Source of the DNA: Spirulina sp.
Lineage (GTDB): Bacteria > Cyanobacteriota > Cyanobacteriia > Phormidesmidales > Phormidesmidaceae
Assembly (NCBI GenBank): GCA_044070495.1
Contig: JBIPSI010000015.1
Location: forward strand, 64,001-128,000
Direction of reading: 5' to 3'
DNA: 64,000 nucleotides
Shown: positions 20,266 through 29,812 of the stretch, piece after piece
Position numbering within the stretch: position 1 is the stretch's first letter
Layout of the letters: the number at the start of each line of letters is the position of its first letter
Program-made: the position numbers and the translations under genes
The notes under the pieces: generated by a model
Database searches by the model: none
What the model saw: the letters and a program-made list of their open reading frames with translations, nothing else
What the model was told of the DNA's origin: nothing

Positions 20266-20770
20266 TAATTCATCTCCCTCAACGTTTGTCAGCCCTATTA
20301 AATCCATCGAATTTGGTGTGGGACTGTAAATAGAGATACATCTTTTGTGAATCCTGCCTTTTATCCATAAAAGTAATCTTTGGATTAATTTTATTTTTTT
20401 ATCTATGGCTAATATTCGTTGATTGATGGATAATCAACGAATACCTACAGTCTGCTGATCGATCAGGCCGATGGTTGAGAGGGTGCTAATACTGGAGTAG
20501 TCTGACGGCGGGGCGTGAATGAGGTCGAGGAGCCATCGTTCACGCGAGGCGACCCATGGGGCAGACCGTAGCGAGTATCAGCAAAACGGCCAAGACCAAG
20601 GAGTCGCTACGCTAGCCTATTCCTAGGGAGATAGGGCCTTGGCCTCGGCAAAATAGCCGCCCATCCCGTGGAGAAATGAGCGGCCCCCAGATCTGAGGTT
20701 TGAGTAGGCGTTTTATACATTAGGGGCTTATCCGCACCCTATCTAAGCGGCCAAAAGCCTTGAACGTCAA

Positions 20771-20857
20771 CGGAGAGGGAGGGATTCGAACCCTCGTTAG
20801 GTTTGACCCTAAAACAGATTTCGAGTCTGCCGCATTCAACCACTCTGCCACCTCTCC
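20771..20857 (-). tRNA. tRNA-Ser(CGA)
   Basis: Reverse complement ggagaggtggcagagtgg...gcagactCGAaatctgt, long variable arm, ggttcgaatccctccctctccg. Confidence 0.95.
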
Positions 20858-20985
20858 TGGTGGTGAGTGATATTTTACCCTCTGATTAGGTCTTTCCGGT
20901 GGAAATTCTGTGGGAAATTCCTATCAGAGGGCGTTGTACCCCCTGAACTTCTTGGTGTTGGCGACCTAGTTTCTATGGAGCCAGA

Positions 20986-21312
20986 TTAAAGGGCCAGCAG
21001 TTGATCGAGGGCGTCGAGGGCCTCGCAGGGAGGAGAAGAGGCCGAGGTGGTGGGCAGGCCACCGTAGACAGGGACGGTTTGGCCGTAGGTTGCTCTCCCC
21101 TCAGCCAGGGATCGTGGCGGCCAAGGGGACGGGCTAGGGCGACCATGGAGGTAGTCGTCGCAGTATTTGCGAAAGACGGCTTCCACAGCGGCACGGGCAT
21201 TTTTGAGACCCCACTCGGCGGCGATGCGCTCGGCTTTTTCCAGCACATCGGGGCTGAGTCGAACTTTGTTGTCGGCCCTAGTGGGGGCGGTTTCACGGAT
21301 AACGTTGGCCAT
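20986..21312 (-). CDS. ParR-like (ribbon-helix-helix type) partner of the ParM-like actin
   Basis: Starts 2 bp after the ParM-like stop; VRLSPDVLEKAERIA..WG....AVEAVFRKY strand-helix-helix pattern. Confidence 0.6.
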   Translation of the reverse strand: MANVIRETAPTRADNKVRLSPDVLEKAERIAAEWGLKNARAAVEAVFRKYCDDYLHGRPSPSPWPPRSLAEGRATYGQTVPVYGGLPTTSASSPPCEALDALDQLLAL

Positions 21313-21314
21313 GG

Positions 21315-22373
21315 CTAGATCTCTCCGGCGGTGAGCAACAAGCCGCGCACGTTGGCAAATTGGGGGTCGCCCATGACGGCAAACAGGGGGTGGCCCTGGA
21401 GGCGGTCGGCAATTAGGTGGGAGCCGCCGCCGGTGACCAAAAAGCGGGTGACGCGGGGCATGTAGGGGGTGTATTGGGCCTTCACGGTTTGGAAAATGCC
21501 CTTAAACCAGGGGTCAAGGTATTCGTCAAGCCAGTCGGCCCAAGCAAGATCAGTGTCGGCGTAGGTGTGATCGACGCGGAAGCCATCCATGACAATGCAG
21601 GGGTCGGCGCTGCTGCCCAGGACATCGGTGAGGCGACGGTCGAAGCTGATGGCAACGGCCAGTTCGTAGGTGCCGCCCCGATCTAGGATGTTTTCGTCAA
21701 TCACTTCGCTGTCGGCATCCACCAATCGGGTGAGCCAAGTGCCGCCGCCAATGTCGATGACGATGGTGTAGCCGTGGTCGGGAATTTGGCCCTGAGCCTT
21801 GGCATAGTAGTAGGCTCCCATGCCTTCGCGCTCCACCGTCACGCTTTCGACGATGACGCGGAAGTCGAGGCCGTTGCGGTTAAATTCGTGCAGACCCAAC
21901 AGCTCGGTCTGAATTGCGTCCCCGTTGCGCAGGGGGTCGGGGGTGGAGGCCAGCAGGTTAAGGCCGTATTCTGTGACGCCTCCCGCCAGCGGTTCTAGGC
22001 AGGCGTAGAGGTGCAGGCGGGCCAGATCCACCTTGTTTTCGATCACCGTTTGCTGCTGCCGACGGTATTTATAGGACTGCGCTCCAAAGTGGTAGCGGCG
22101 GCCATCGGGCAGTTCAATCAACGGCGAAGCATCGGAATAGCTAACGGCATCGCGCCCCTGGGGCAGTTGGTAGCGCACGGATCGAATCGCCTTGGGATGA
22201 CGCTGGCCATTGCAGAATTTGAGGTCATAGTTGCCAGCATCCAGGGCCAGAATGGGCGTGGTGGCCAAGGGTTGGACGGTGCGGGTTTTGGTGGCCGCTT
22301 TTTTGGCGGTGGTTGTACGACCGCTGGCCGCAGCGGTGGTTGAAGAAACACTGGTGGAAACAGTGGTAGTCAT
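21315..22373 (-). CDS. ParM/StbA-family actin-like ATPase
   Basis: Actin phosphate-1 DAGNYDLK, connect EG, phosphate-2 DIGGGT, adenosine VTGGGS, ANVRG; start uncertain (22373 or 22424). Confidence 0.88.
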   Translation of the reverse strand: MTTTVSTSVSSTTAAASGRTTTAKKAATKTRTVQPLATTPILALDAGNYDLKFCNGQRHPKAIRSVRYQLPQGRDAVSYSDASPLIELPDGRRYHFGAQSYKYRRQQQTVIENKVDLARLHLYACLEPLAGGVTEYGLNLLASTPDPLRNGDAIQTELLGLHEFNRNGLDFRVIVESVTVEREGMGAYYYAKAQGQIPDHGYTIVIDIGGGTWLTRLVDADSEVIDENILDRGGTYELAVAISFDRRLTDVLGSSADPCIVMDGFRVDHTYADTDLAWADWLDEYLDPWFKGIFQTVKAQYTPYMPRVTRFLVTGGGSHLIADRLQGHPLFAVMGDPQFANVRGLLLTAGEI

Positions 22374-22473
22374 AGGGCTTGTGTTGTGGGACGACAGGGG
22401 GGACGGCTGTCCCCATAAGTACACTTGAATTACTTTAGTTTACTTGTACTATTCTGGCAAGCCCTAAATCTTG

Positions 22474-24906
22474 CTAGGGTGGGCAGTGCCCACCCTGCGG
22501 GGTCTGGTGCTGATCTAGCCAGGTAGTGAGGGGAGGAATGACTGGACAGGGGCGGGCTGCTTGCAGGTTGTCGGGTTTGCTCCAGGTGAAGGGGGCTTGC
22601 TGGGCGGCGGAGAGCCACAGCAGCCGTTTGGCGCGGGTCATGGCGACGTAGAGGAGGCGGTATTCTTCGGCGGTTTTGAGGGCTTTGGCCTGATCCCAAG
22701 CGGCGAGGGTGTCGGGGATGGGGGCGTTGGTGTAGGTCGTAAGGCTGGGATCTGAGGGTGTTTGAGGGGTGCTGAATGGATTCGTGATTCCCTGATTCGT
22801 GTGGGTTTGATTTCCGTGGACAGGATCGATGTGGGATTGGTGGGCGTGGGCGCGGATTTGGGCGCGGGCCACTTCGGACAGTGAAAAGTCGCCCAGGAAC
22901 TTGGTTTGGGGCGGCACCCACAGTTCGCCGGGGATGGTTTTTTCGTGCAGAAAGGGCAGAAACACCACGTCCCAATCTAGCCCCTTGGCCTTGTGCATGG
23001 TGATGATCGTGACCTGGCCGGGGCGGGTGTAGATCGAGTCGGTGTCCTCGGTTTCCACCGCCGTGAAGCGCTCGGAGCCGACGATCTCTTGCAGGACTTC
23101 GATGGCGGCGGTGAGGGTATTGTTTTGGCTAATCTGCTGGCTGACGCGGGCCGCAAGCTTGTCGGCGGTGGCCAGTTCGCTTTGGTTGTAGCCCAGGGTT
23201 AGCCCCAAAAAGGGAAACAGGCTGTAGGGCGACAGTTCCAACCGGGCGCGGAGCAGGCCCGTACAGAAGCGGCGGGCGGTGCGGGCGGCGTCGGTATTGG
23301 GGGGCGTATCCAGGGGGCCGGGGTAGAGGAACTGCTCTGGGGCTTGGGCCAAGAGGTTGAGGTCTTGGGTGGGCACCCGCTGGCGATCCACCAGTACCCG
23401 CAGGGCTTCCTTGAGGGCATCGGGGGAATGGGGCCGATCAATAAACCGCATCAGGGCCAGCATGTCCTCCGGCACTTGGGTTTGCCGATCCTGGTCGCCC
23501 ACGTCGTAGATGGGCAATCCGAGGGCAGCCAAATCTACCCCTACCTCCTCCGCATCCCGCAACCGTTGGGCGACGTACTGCCCCTGGCGACCCTCCCGCA
23601 CCAAAATGGCAAAGCTGAGGTCAGGATTTTCGACAAATGCCTCCTGCACCCGCTGGGCAATCAGGCGCACGGAATCCTGGATGGTGGGCGGCGTGTGAAC
23701 TTCCAGGCCCGCACCGAGGGCTTCTGGGTTGGCGTTGGGTTGGGGGTCGTCTACGGGGACGGGGTGGATAGCCTGATCTCGAAAGGGCACGATATCACCT
23801 ATCACCTGGGTACGGTTGGCCCAATTCAGCAGACGGTTGGCGGCTTCCATAATCAGGGCGGTGCTGCGTCCCGCCTGATCCATGGTGACAAGGTGATCCT
23901 GGCGGCGGCAGATTTCACAAAACTGGTTAAAGAAAACCGGGTCGGCGGGGGTGAAGGTGGAGTTAATCGCCTGGTTGGGGTCGCCCACCCGCACTAGGTT
24001 CGGTTCGGCATCGGGATCGTCGGGGTTGCCCGCCAGCAGGGTCAGCAACCGAGTTTGCAGGGGCGAAGAATCCTGGGCCTCGTCCTCAAATACGGCAAAC
24101 ACGCGAGCCTGCCAAAAGCGCAGGGTAGTCGGATCCGCCAGGGTACGCAGGGCGGCGAGGATCATGTCGTCGTAGTCGATGAAGCTGCGCTCCTGCATCA
24201 GGGCTTGGTAGCGCTCGTAGAGTCCGGCGGCAATGGCAAGGATGTCGTAATCGACTTGGCCCTCGGTGTAACGATGGTCGAGGGATTGAGCCAATTCCAT
24301 CACCTGATCAGGCAGTAGGCCAGAACTCTTGGCCTCCCGAATCACCGTATCCGCCAAGCTGGGCAACACCTCCGTCCGCAACACCGACTGCCGCCGCAGA
24401 ATCTCGGTTTCCTCCCCATCCAACTGCGCCCCCTCCAGCAACCGTTGGTACAGGGCCGGATTCGCCCCAATCCACTGCTCCACGGCATGGCGAACCAGCC
24501 GATGATTTTGGGCCGGAGACACCAGGGTGAGGCTATCTAAACTGAGGTTAGATAGCTCTGGGTTGCGGGTAGCAATGGTGAGGGCCAGCCCGTGCAGAGT
24601 AGAGACCGTGAAACTGGTCTGGGGTAGCTTCAGGCGTTTCAAATGGCCGCGCACCTTGGCCTTGAGGTTCGCCGCTGCGGAACGGGTAAAGGTCACCAAC
24701 ACCAACTGGCGGTTCAAATGCAGTTGATAGCGGGCGATGGTCAACGCCGCCGCCGCCGCCATCCCCGTCGATTTGCCCGAACCGGGCACCGCCGACACCG
24801 CCAAACTGCCCCCCGCCCAGTCGGCCAGTTCCCGCTGCCCCTGGCGCAGGCTGGCGTAGATATCCTGGAGGATCGTCTCTCGGTCGGGGGCATCAGTACA
24901 CATCAT
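22474..24906 (-). CDS. UvrD/REP-family ATP-dependent helicase
   Basis: AVPGSGKS, VTFTRSAA, DEAQD, VGDPNQAI, TMHKAKGLDW, RLLYVAMTRAK; start uncertain and overlapping the upstream toxin stop. Confidence 0.92.
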   Translation of the reverse strand: MMCTDAPDRETILQDIYASLRQGQRELADWAGGSLAVSAVPGSGKSTGMAAAAALTIARYQLHLNRQLVLVTFTRSAAANLKAKVRGHLKRLKLPQTSFTVSTLHGLALTIATRNPELSNLSLDSLTLVSPAQNHRLVRHAVEQWIGANPALYQRLLEGAQLDGEETEILRRQSVLRTEVLPSLADTVIREAKSSGLLPDQVMELAQSLDHRYTEGQVDYDILAIAAGLYERYQALMQERSFIDYDDMILAALRTLADPTTLRFWQARVFAVFEDEAQDSSPLQTRLLTLLAGNPDDPDAEPNLVRVGDPNQAINSTFTPADPVFFNQFCEICRRQDHLVTMDQAGRSTALIMEAANRLLNWANRTQVIGDIVPFRDQAIHPVPVDDPQPNANPEALGAGLEVHTPPTIQDSVRLIAQRVQEAFVENPDLSFAILVREGRQGQYVAQRLRDAEEVGVDLAALGLPIYDVGDQDRQTQVPEDMLALMRFIDRPHSPDALKEALRVLVDRQRVPTQDLNLLAQAPEQFLYPGPLDTPPNTDAARTARRFCTGLLRARLELSPYSLFPFLGLTLGYNQSELATADKLAARVSQQISQNNTLTAAIEVLQEIVGSERFTAVETEDTDSIYTRPGQVTIITMHKAKGLDWDVVFLPFLHEKTIPGELWVPPQTKFLGDFSLSEVARAQIRAHAHQSHIDPVHGNQTHTNQGITNPFSTPQTPSDPSLTTYTNAPIPDTLAAWDQAKALKTAEEYRLLYVAMTRAKRLLWLSAAQQAPFTWSKPDNLQAARPCPVIPPLTTWLDQHQTPQGGHCPP

Positions 24907-25180
24907 CGTGGGAGCCAAGATTTAACAACAAAATTGATTGCCCTTGTGACTCTGCATCATCACCCACAAACTCAAACAAAATTCTCAGCTTGTAATCAAT
25001 TGAAGCTGACCAGATTCCAGCTAAATCTCCTGTTAATTTATGGGTCTGCAAACTAGGATGAAAAGGGTCTTCAGCGAGTTGATTTAGTGTTCTTTCAATC
25101 GCAGGACGCAAATCCGGGTTACGTTTGACTAACCGCTTCAAGGCTCTCAACGATTTGGGAGTCCAGCCAATTTGCCTCAT
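24893..25180 (-). CDS. RelE/YafQ-type mRNA interferase toxin
   Basis: HPSLQTHKLTG, RILF, C-terminal GSHDDVY. Confidence 0.85.
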   Translation of the reverse strand: MRQIGWTPKSLRALKRLVKRNPDLRPAIERTLNQLAEDPFHPSLQTHKLTGDLAGIWSASIDYKLRILFEFVGDDAESQGQSILLLNLGSHDDVY

Positions 25181-25395
25181 TTGTCTAACTCAGCCATGAA
25201 GTCAGCAACGGTGCCAAATGTTACTTGTCCCTGAGCATATTCCTGCCGAACTTCAGTAATCTCACTCATCAATACTTTTCGTCGTTGCTCGATGAGGCGC
25301 TTTTGAAGAAGTTCGAGTAGAGCTTCCTGATCATTCAATGACAAGGTTTCAATTGTTTCAATTGCCTTCTGAAAAGTAGAGGATTGTTCAGGCAT
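25177..25395 (-). CDS. Putative antitoxin
   Basis: 72 aa, acidic, 4-bp overlap with the toxin start. Confidence 0.75.
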   Translation of the reverse strand: MPEQSSTFQKAIETIETLSLNDQEALLELLQKRLIEQRRKVLMSEITEVRQEYAQGQVTFGTVADFMAELDK

Positions 25396-25524
25396 AGTAG
25401 TACTCCAAAATGCGTTAAGTTAATTGCACTGTTCTTGATTGACAGCAGCTAGGGTTTTGACCCGAAGTTGGGCATCATTAAGGGTAGGAGCAAAATCTGT
25501 CATGGGGTTTCTCTCTGCATAGAA

Positions 25525-25770
25525 TCAACCAACCTCATCTAGCTCAGGAATATATTCAGCTTCGTAATTTTCAATTAAGACACCAATCACATCCATCATT
25601 GAAGCAAGGGGATGGGTCTCATCTTCACCGACCTGATCAATTAAACCATCTAGCAATTCAACTAACTGCTCATATTGTTGCTCGGTGTGCGGAACAAAAA
25701 CAGTCCTGGCAATTGAATTCCAGGCTCTAATTGTGTTGTCCAGATCGAGACTTAGCATAATTTCTTCCAC
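25525..25770 (-). CDS. HigA-like antitoxin (N-terminal domain only, no HTH)
   Basis: LLDGLIDQVGEDETHPLASMMDVIGVLIENYE; immediately downstream of HigB. Confidence 0.7.
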   Translation of the reverse strand: MEEIMLSLDLDNTIRAWNSIARTVFVPHTEQQYEQLVELLDGLIDQVGEDETHPLASMMDVIGVLIENYEAEYIPELDEVG

Positions 25771-26045
25771 CTCTTTTCGTCATATTCTGCATGAGTCAAC
25801 ACAGCCCGAATGTAAACCTTTCTTCGATTGTAGTGAATTGCTGCAATGAGCCTAACCTGATTGCCTCCAATATTGAAAACTGTCAACTTTCCAACCTGAT
25901 CAGCCGATGGAAATAATTCACGTAACTCAACAAATGACGAAAACTTGTTCTGCTTAATAAGTCTGTACCATTGAGCTAGAGCGTTCTTGACCTCTGGATG
26001 AAGTTTGGCAAATTCGTTAAGCCGCCTACGAGTAATCACATGCAT
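25752..26045 (-). CDS. higB: HigB-family toxin
   Basis: MHVIT, FPSADQVG..VFNIGGN..RLI, THAEYD. Confidence 0.9.
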   Translation of the reverse strand: MHVITRRRLNEFAKLHPEVKNALAQWYRLIKQNKFSSFVELRELFPSADQVGKLTVFNIGGNQVRLIAAIHYNRRKVYIRAVLTHAEYDEKRWKKLC

Positions 26046-26117
26046 ATTAATTCGTCCATATTCACTTTGCCATCGGTTCTCCCCGCCACCTTCCTATTTC
26101 CTAGCTCCTGATACCTT

Positions 26118-27845
26118 TTATCCTTCTCCCAGCCGCAACACTTTGGGATGATAGGCATACAACGATTCTCGGTGGCCAACGCTGATGTAGGTGGTGCCTG
26201 TGTGCTGAAGGTGGTCGTAGAGCTGGGCTTCGTTGGCGAGGTCGAGGGCGCTGGTGGCTTCATCCAAAATGGCGAAGGCGGGCTGGTTCAGCAAAAGGCG
26301 GGCAAAGGTGAGCCGCTGTTGTTCCCCTAGAGACAGCACATCACCCCATTCTTCTACGGCTTCAAAGCCGCCAAAACGTTCGGCTAGGTCGGCCAGGTTA
26401 ACCTTCTCTAGGGCCGCTTGCAGGGTGGTGTCGTCCACATCGGGGCTGGCGTGGGGATAGAGGAGTTGATCCCGCAGGGAACCGAGGATCATGTAGGGCT
26501 TTTGGGGCAAAAACAGCACGTTATCTAAGTCTGGGCGCTGGATGGTGCCGCTGCCGGATTGCCACAGTCCCGCAATGGCCCGCAGGAGAGAACTTTTGCC
26601 GCAGCCGCTTGGCCCCACAATCAGCAATCCAGCTTGGGCGGGCACCTCTAGGGAGAGGTGTTGGATCAGGGTGCGCTGGTAGTTGGGGGTTTGTAGGGTG
26701 AGGTTTTCGAGGGCGATGCGGTTGCTGGGTTTTAGGGTGATGAGGGGTTTTTCGGAATGGGACGGATCTTGATGGGTGGATTCCGTTTCTGGCTCGGCCA
26801 ATGGCTCTGCCTCGACCCTCTGATCGGTGGCCAATTCTTCGTGATTGAGGGCTTCGGCAAAGCTGTATAAACGGTCGATGCCTGCGCCAAAGGAGGTCAG
26901 TTCTTGGAAACGGGCCACGATGATATTGAGGGAGAAAAACACCCGCACAAAGGCCCCCTGGGCTTCGGAGACTTTGCCTACTTCCAAATCTCCTGAAAAC
27001 ACCGCTGGCGCTACGACTATGGCAGGCAGCACAAAGGGGATAAACTCGTAGGCATTGGTGAGGGCGTTAAGATTGAGTTCCCAGATAATGAGGCGCTTGA
27101 AGTTCTCAAAGGCTTCTAAAAAGCGGTTATTCACCTGGCTAGCTTCCTGGGCTTCTCCTCGATAAAAGGCGATGGCCTCAGCATTTTCACGAATGCGAAC
27201 CAGGCTAAAACGAAAGTTTGCTTCCTTTTTAAGCTGCTGGAAATTTAGTCGTACTAAGGGTTGCCCGAAAATTAGCACCGTCACCAACGTACCCAGCAGG
27301 GCATAGAGCACCAAAAATCCGACTAAACTTTTAGAAATGCCCAACAGTACACCGCTGAAAGCAATTACTTGCAACACCGAACTCACCACCACCAGCAACA
27401 GGGCGAGGGATTGCTGGGTGAAGTTTTTGACGTCTTCGGCGATACGTTGGTCGGGGTTGTCAATGTCGGGTTGAAATTGCTGAATATTGTAAAAGGCGCG
27501 ATCTCGAAAATAATCTGCCACAAACCGTCCCGTCAGCCAGCGCCGCCACTCTAAGCCCAGCCGCTTTTGCAGATAGTCGTACCCGGCCAGCAGGGGCGCA
27601 TAGGCCACCAGCACCGCAATGAACACCCACACCGTTTCCCAAAAGCGGGCCTCATCCTGGGCAGAGAGGGCCGAAATTAGCACCCCCCGCTTGTTGTTGA
27701 GCACCACACTCAGTCCGGTGTAGCCCAGCAAGAAGACGGCGATCAGCAGCAGCAGCCCCCCCGCTTTCCACTTTTCTTCCCCCAGCCAGTAGGTTTTTGC
27801 AATCGTCCAAAACCGCCGAAAGCCCGTCAGGTTAAATCGTTCCAT
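26118..27845 (-). CDS. ABC transporter fused permease/ATPase (YddA/ABCD type)
   Basis: DNPDQRIAEDV, EANFR, EAIAFY, GPSGCGKSS, LSLGEQQR, LDEATSALD. Confidence 0.92.
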   Translation of the reverse strand: MERFNLTGFRRFWTIAKTYWLGEEKWKAGGLLLLIAVFLLGYTGLSVVLNNKRGVLISALSAQDEARFWETVWVFIAVLVAYAPLLAGYDYLQKRLGLEWRRWLTGRFVADYFRDRAFYNIQQFQPDIDNPDQRIAEDVKNFTQQSLALLLVVVSSVLQVIAFSGVLLGISKSLVGFLVLYALLGTLVTVLIFGQPLVRLNFQQLKKEANFRFSLVRIRENAEAIAFYRGEAQEASQVNNRFLEAFENFKRLIIWELNLNALTNAYEFIPFVLPAIVVAPAVFSGDLEVGKVSEAQGAFVRVFFSLNIIVARFQELTSFGAGIDRLYSFAEALNHEELATDQRVEAEPLAEPETESTHQDPSHSEKPLITLKPSNRIALENLTLQTPNYQRTLIQHLSLEVPAQAGLLIVGPSGCGKSSLLRAIAGLWQSGSGTIQRPDLDNVLFLPQKPYMILGSLRDQLLYPHASPDVDDTTLQAALEKVNLADLAERFGGFEAVEEWGDVLSLGEQQRLTFARLLLNQPAFAILDEATSALDLANEAQLYDHLQHTGTTYISVGHRESLYAYHPKVLRLGEG

Positions 27846-28181
27846 CGGGTGGTCACCTCTCCTTAGGCCAGCAGCGTACTGGATTGATTGTACAAAGCGG
27901 CCCAGCCCTTCACCCAGAAGACTCTGGTGGACTGACAAAACTTGCGGGAACCCAGATTCGCCAAAGGGTCAGGAGACCTCCCCCTACATGAATCCAATAG
28001 GGTAGGGGCGCGGTTTCCGTGTCCGACGCAGGATCTCTTGTCAGTCCACCAGCAGAAAACCTGTCGCCGTCCCCCAAAATAGGGGGATCTAGCTCAGCCA
28101 GATCCCCCCTATGCACATCCGTCCCCGCGCCGATAGAAACGCCGTTTAGTTTGCCCGACGACGCGACTCAGCCGTGGATAG

Positions 28182-29447
28182 CTAGTCGAAGCGCTCGCGA
28201 GTTCGGATCTCGTCGAGTTGGTTAAAGATGCTGGTGATGCCCAGGATGGGATTGATAATGGCTGTAGCCGCTCCGCCCAAAAGGGTGAGGAAATCGGAGG
28301 TTTGGGTGAGGCCAGAGCGCGACACCACCACGATATCGTTCTCCCGCAGGGCCGGGTTGTTTTCGTCGCTGATGCCGGAGGCCAAATCGACCGAAATGGT
28401 GCGATTGGTAACCGTGCCATCGGCATTAAGCCGGATAAAGGCGACTTCGCCAGTCTGGGCACGGGGATCATCAAAGCCCCCCGCCGCCAAAATGGCCTGG
28501 TTTAGGGTCGCGTTGGGGCGAATGGTAACTCGGCCTGGGGCGCGTACCTCACCCACCACATCCACTTCCACCAGGTTGGGGGAGAAGTTGGCATCGGCCA
28601 GGGCTTGGGCTTCCTCAGGGTTGAGGGCCGATGCCGTGGGTACAACTACGGTATCCCCGTCCCGCAGCAGCAGGTTTTGGGCTTGGCTACCGTCCTCTAG
28701 GAGAGCAAAGAAGTCAATGGGAATGACTTGATCGGGGCCATTCAACTGGGGACGACGTACCTCAATATTGCGAATGTTGGCCAGTTGGGTAATGCCCCCT
28801 GCCGCTTGAATCGCCTGCACCACCGTACGCAGTTCGTTAGGGTTGGGCTGAATGCCGTCAGGGGCTTGCCCTGGGCCTGTGGTGTAGGCCCCCGGTCGCC
28901 GCACTTCACCCACCACCGCCACCCGCATGGGACGAGGGGTAAACAGGGTTAACGTCACCTCCGGCTCACGGATGAATTCGGAATAACGCTGCTCCACCGC
29001 CTGGGATGCCTCCGTCAGGTCTAATCCCCGCACAGATACCCGTCCAATCCAGGGCAGGTTGATGGTGCCGTCTACTAGGACGTTGTACAGGTTGTCGGAG
29101 ACGAGGCGGTTACCGCTTTGGTCGTTGGTTAACTCTGGCACATTAAAAATATCGAAGCGCACCACATCCCCTGGCCCCAGAACGTAGGCATCGTTATCGG
29201 CTTCGTTAATCAGAGCGGCATTGTTGGGCCAAGGCGATGGGGTGCCAAAGGCAGGATCCGTAGGGGAGAAGGGCTGGGAGTCTGCCGCTGAGTTGGCGGG
29301 GGAAAGGGGCTGGGAATCGGCGTTGGCAAAATCGGGAGACTCATGGGTTAGCCCCTGGGCCAACAGCGGCGTGGCATAGCTCGATAGCAGCCCCAGGGCA
29401 ATCAAAGAACTCAGTGCGGCACGATAGGTAGAAAACATAGCAACCAT
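28182..29447 (-). CDS. Polysaccharide export protein (Wza/SLBB domains)
   Basis: Signal peptide, YVLGPGD, DGTINLPWIG, VVGEVRRPG, AIQAAGG. Confidence 0.9.
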   Translation of the reverse strand: MVAMFSTYRAALSSLIALGLLSSYATPLLAQGLTHESPDFANADSQPLSPANSAADSQPFSPTDPAFGTPSPWPNNAALINEADNDAYVLGPGDVVRFDIFNVPELTNDQSGNRLVSDNLYNVLVDGTINLPWIGRVSVRGLDLTEASQAVEQRYSEFIREPEVTLTLFTPRPMRVAVVGEVRRPGAYTTGPGQAPDGIQPNPNELRTVVQAIQAAGGITQLANIRNIEVRRPQLNGPDQVIPIDFFALLEDGSQAQNLLLRDGDTVVVPTASALNPEEAQALADANFSPNLVEVDVVGEVRAPGRVTIRPNATLNQAILAAGGFDDPRAQTGEVAFIRLNADGTVTNRTISVDLASGISDENNPALRENDIVVVSRSGLTQTSDFLTLLGGAATAIINPILGITSIFNQLDEIRTRERFD

Positions 29448-29812
29448 TTGAATAACGCTCTAAACACCACAAGTTAAGGACTAGAGACCGGTGCAGATCT
29501 AGCAAGCCTGTCTTAGTAAAACCCATTTGTTTTCTGGGGCAACCTCCCGGTCTAACGTCAACGTTGAATAGCTCTAGAATCAGCGTGGTCAGAGGCGGTG
29601 ACCATCGCCCCTGGGTTACCGATTTGCACCGCCCCAGGCTCCCTGAAACCCGACCAACTCCGCCAAGGTGCCCAATCCCCTGGCAATGGAGGTTACGCCT
29701 TGGTCAAACAAGCTTTGCCCAGGGGCCATTTGAGGGGGTCTGTCACCACGCCGATACCGAGGCCTAAGAACGCATCTCGAAGCATCCTAGGCGATTTTGG
29801 CCGAGAAATCAC

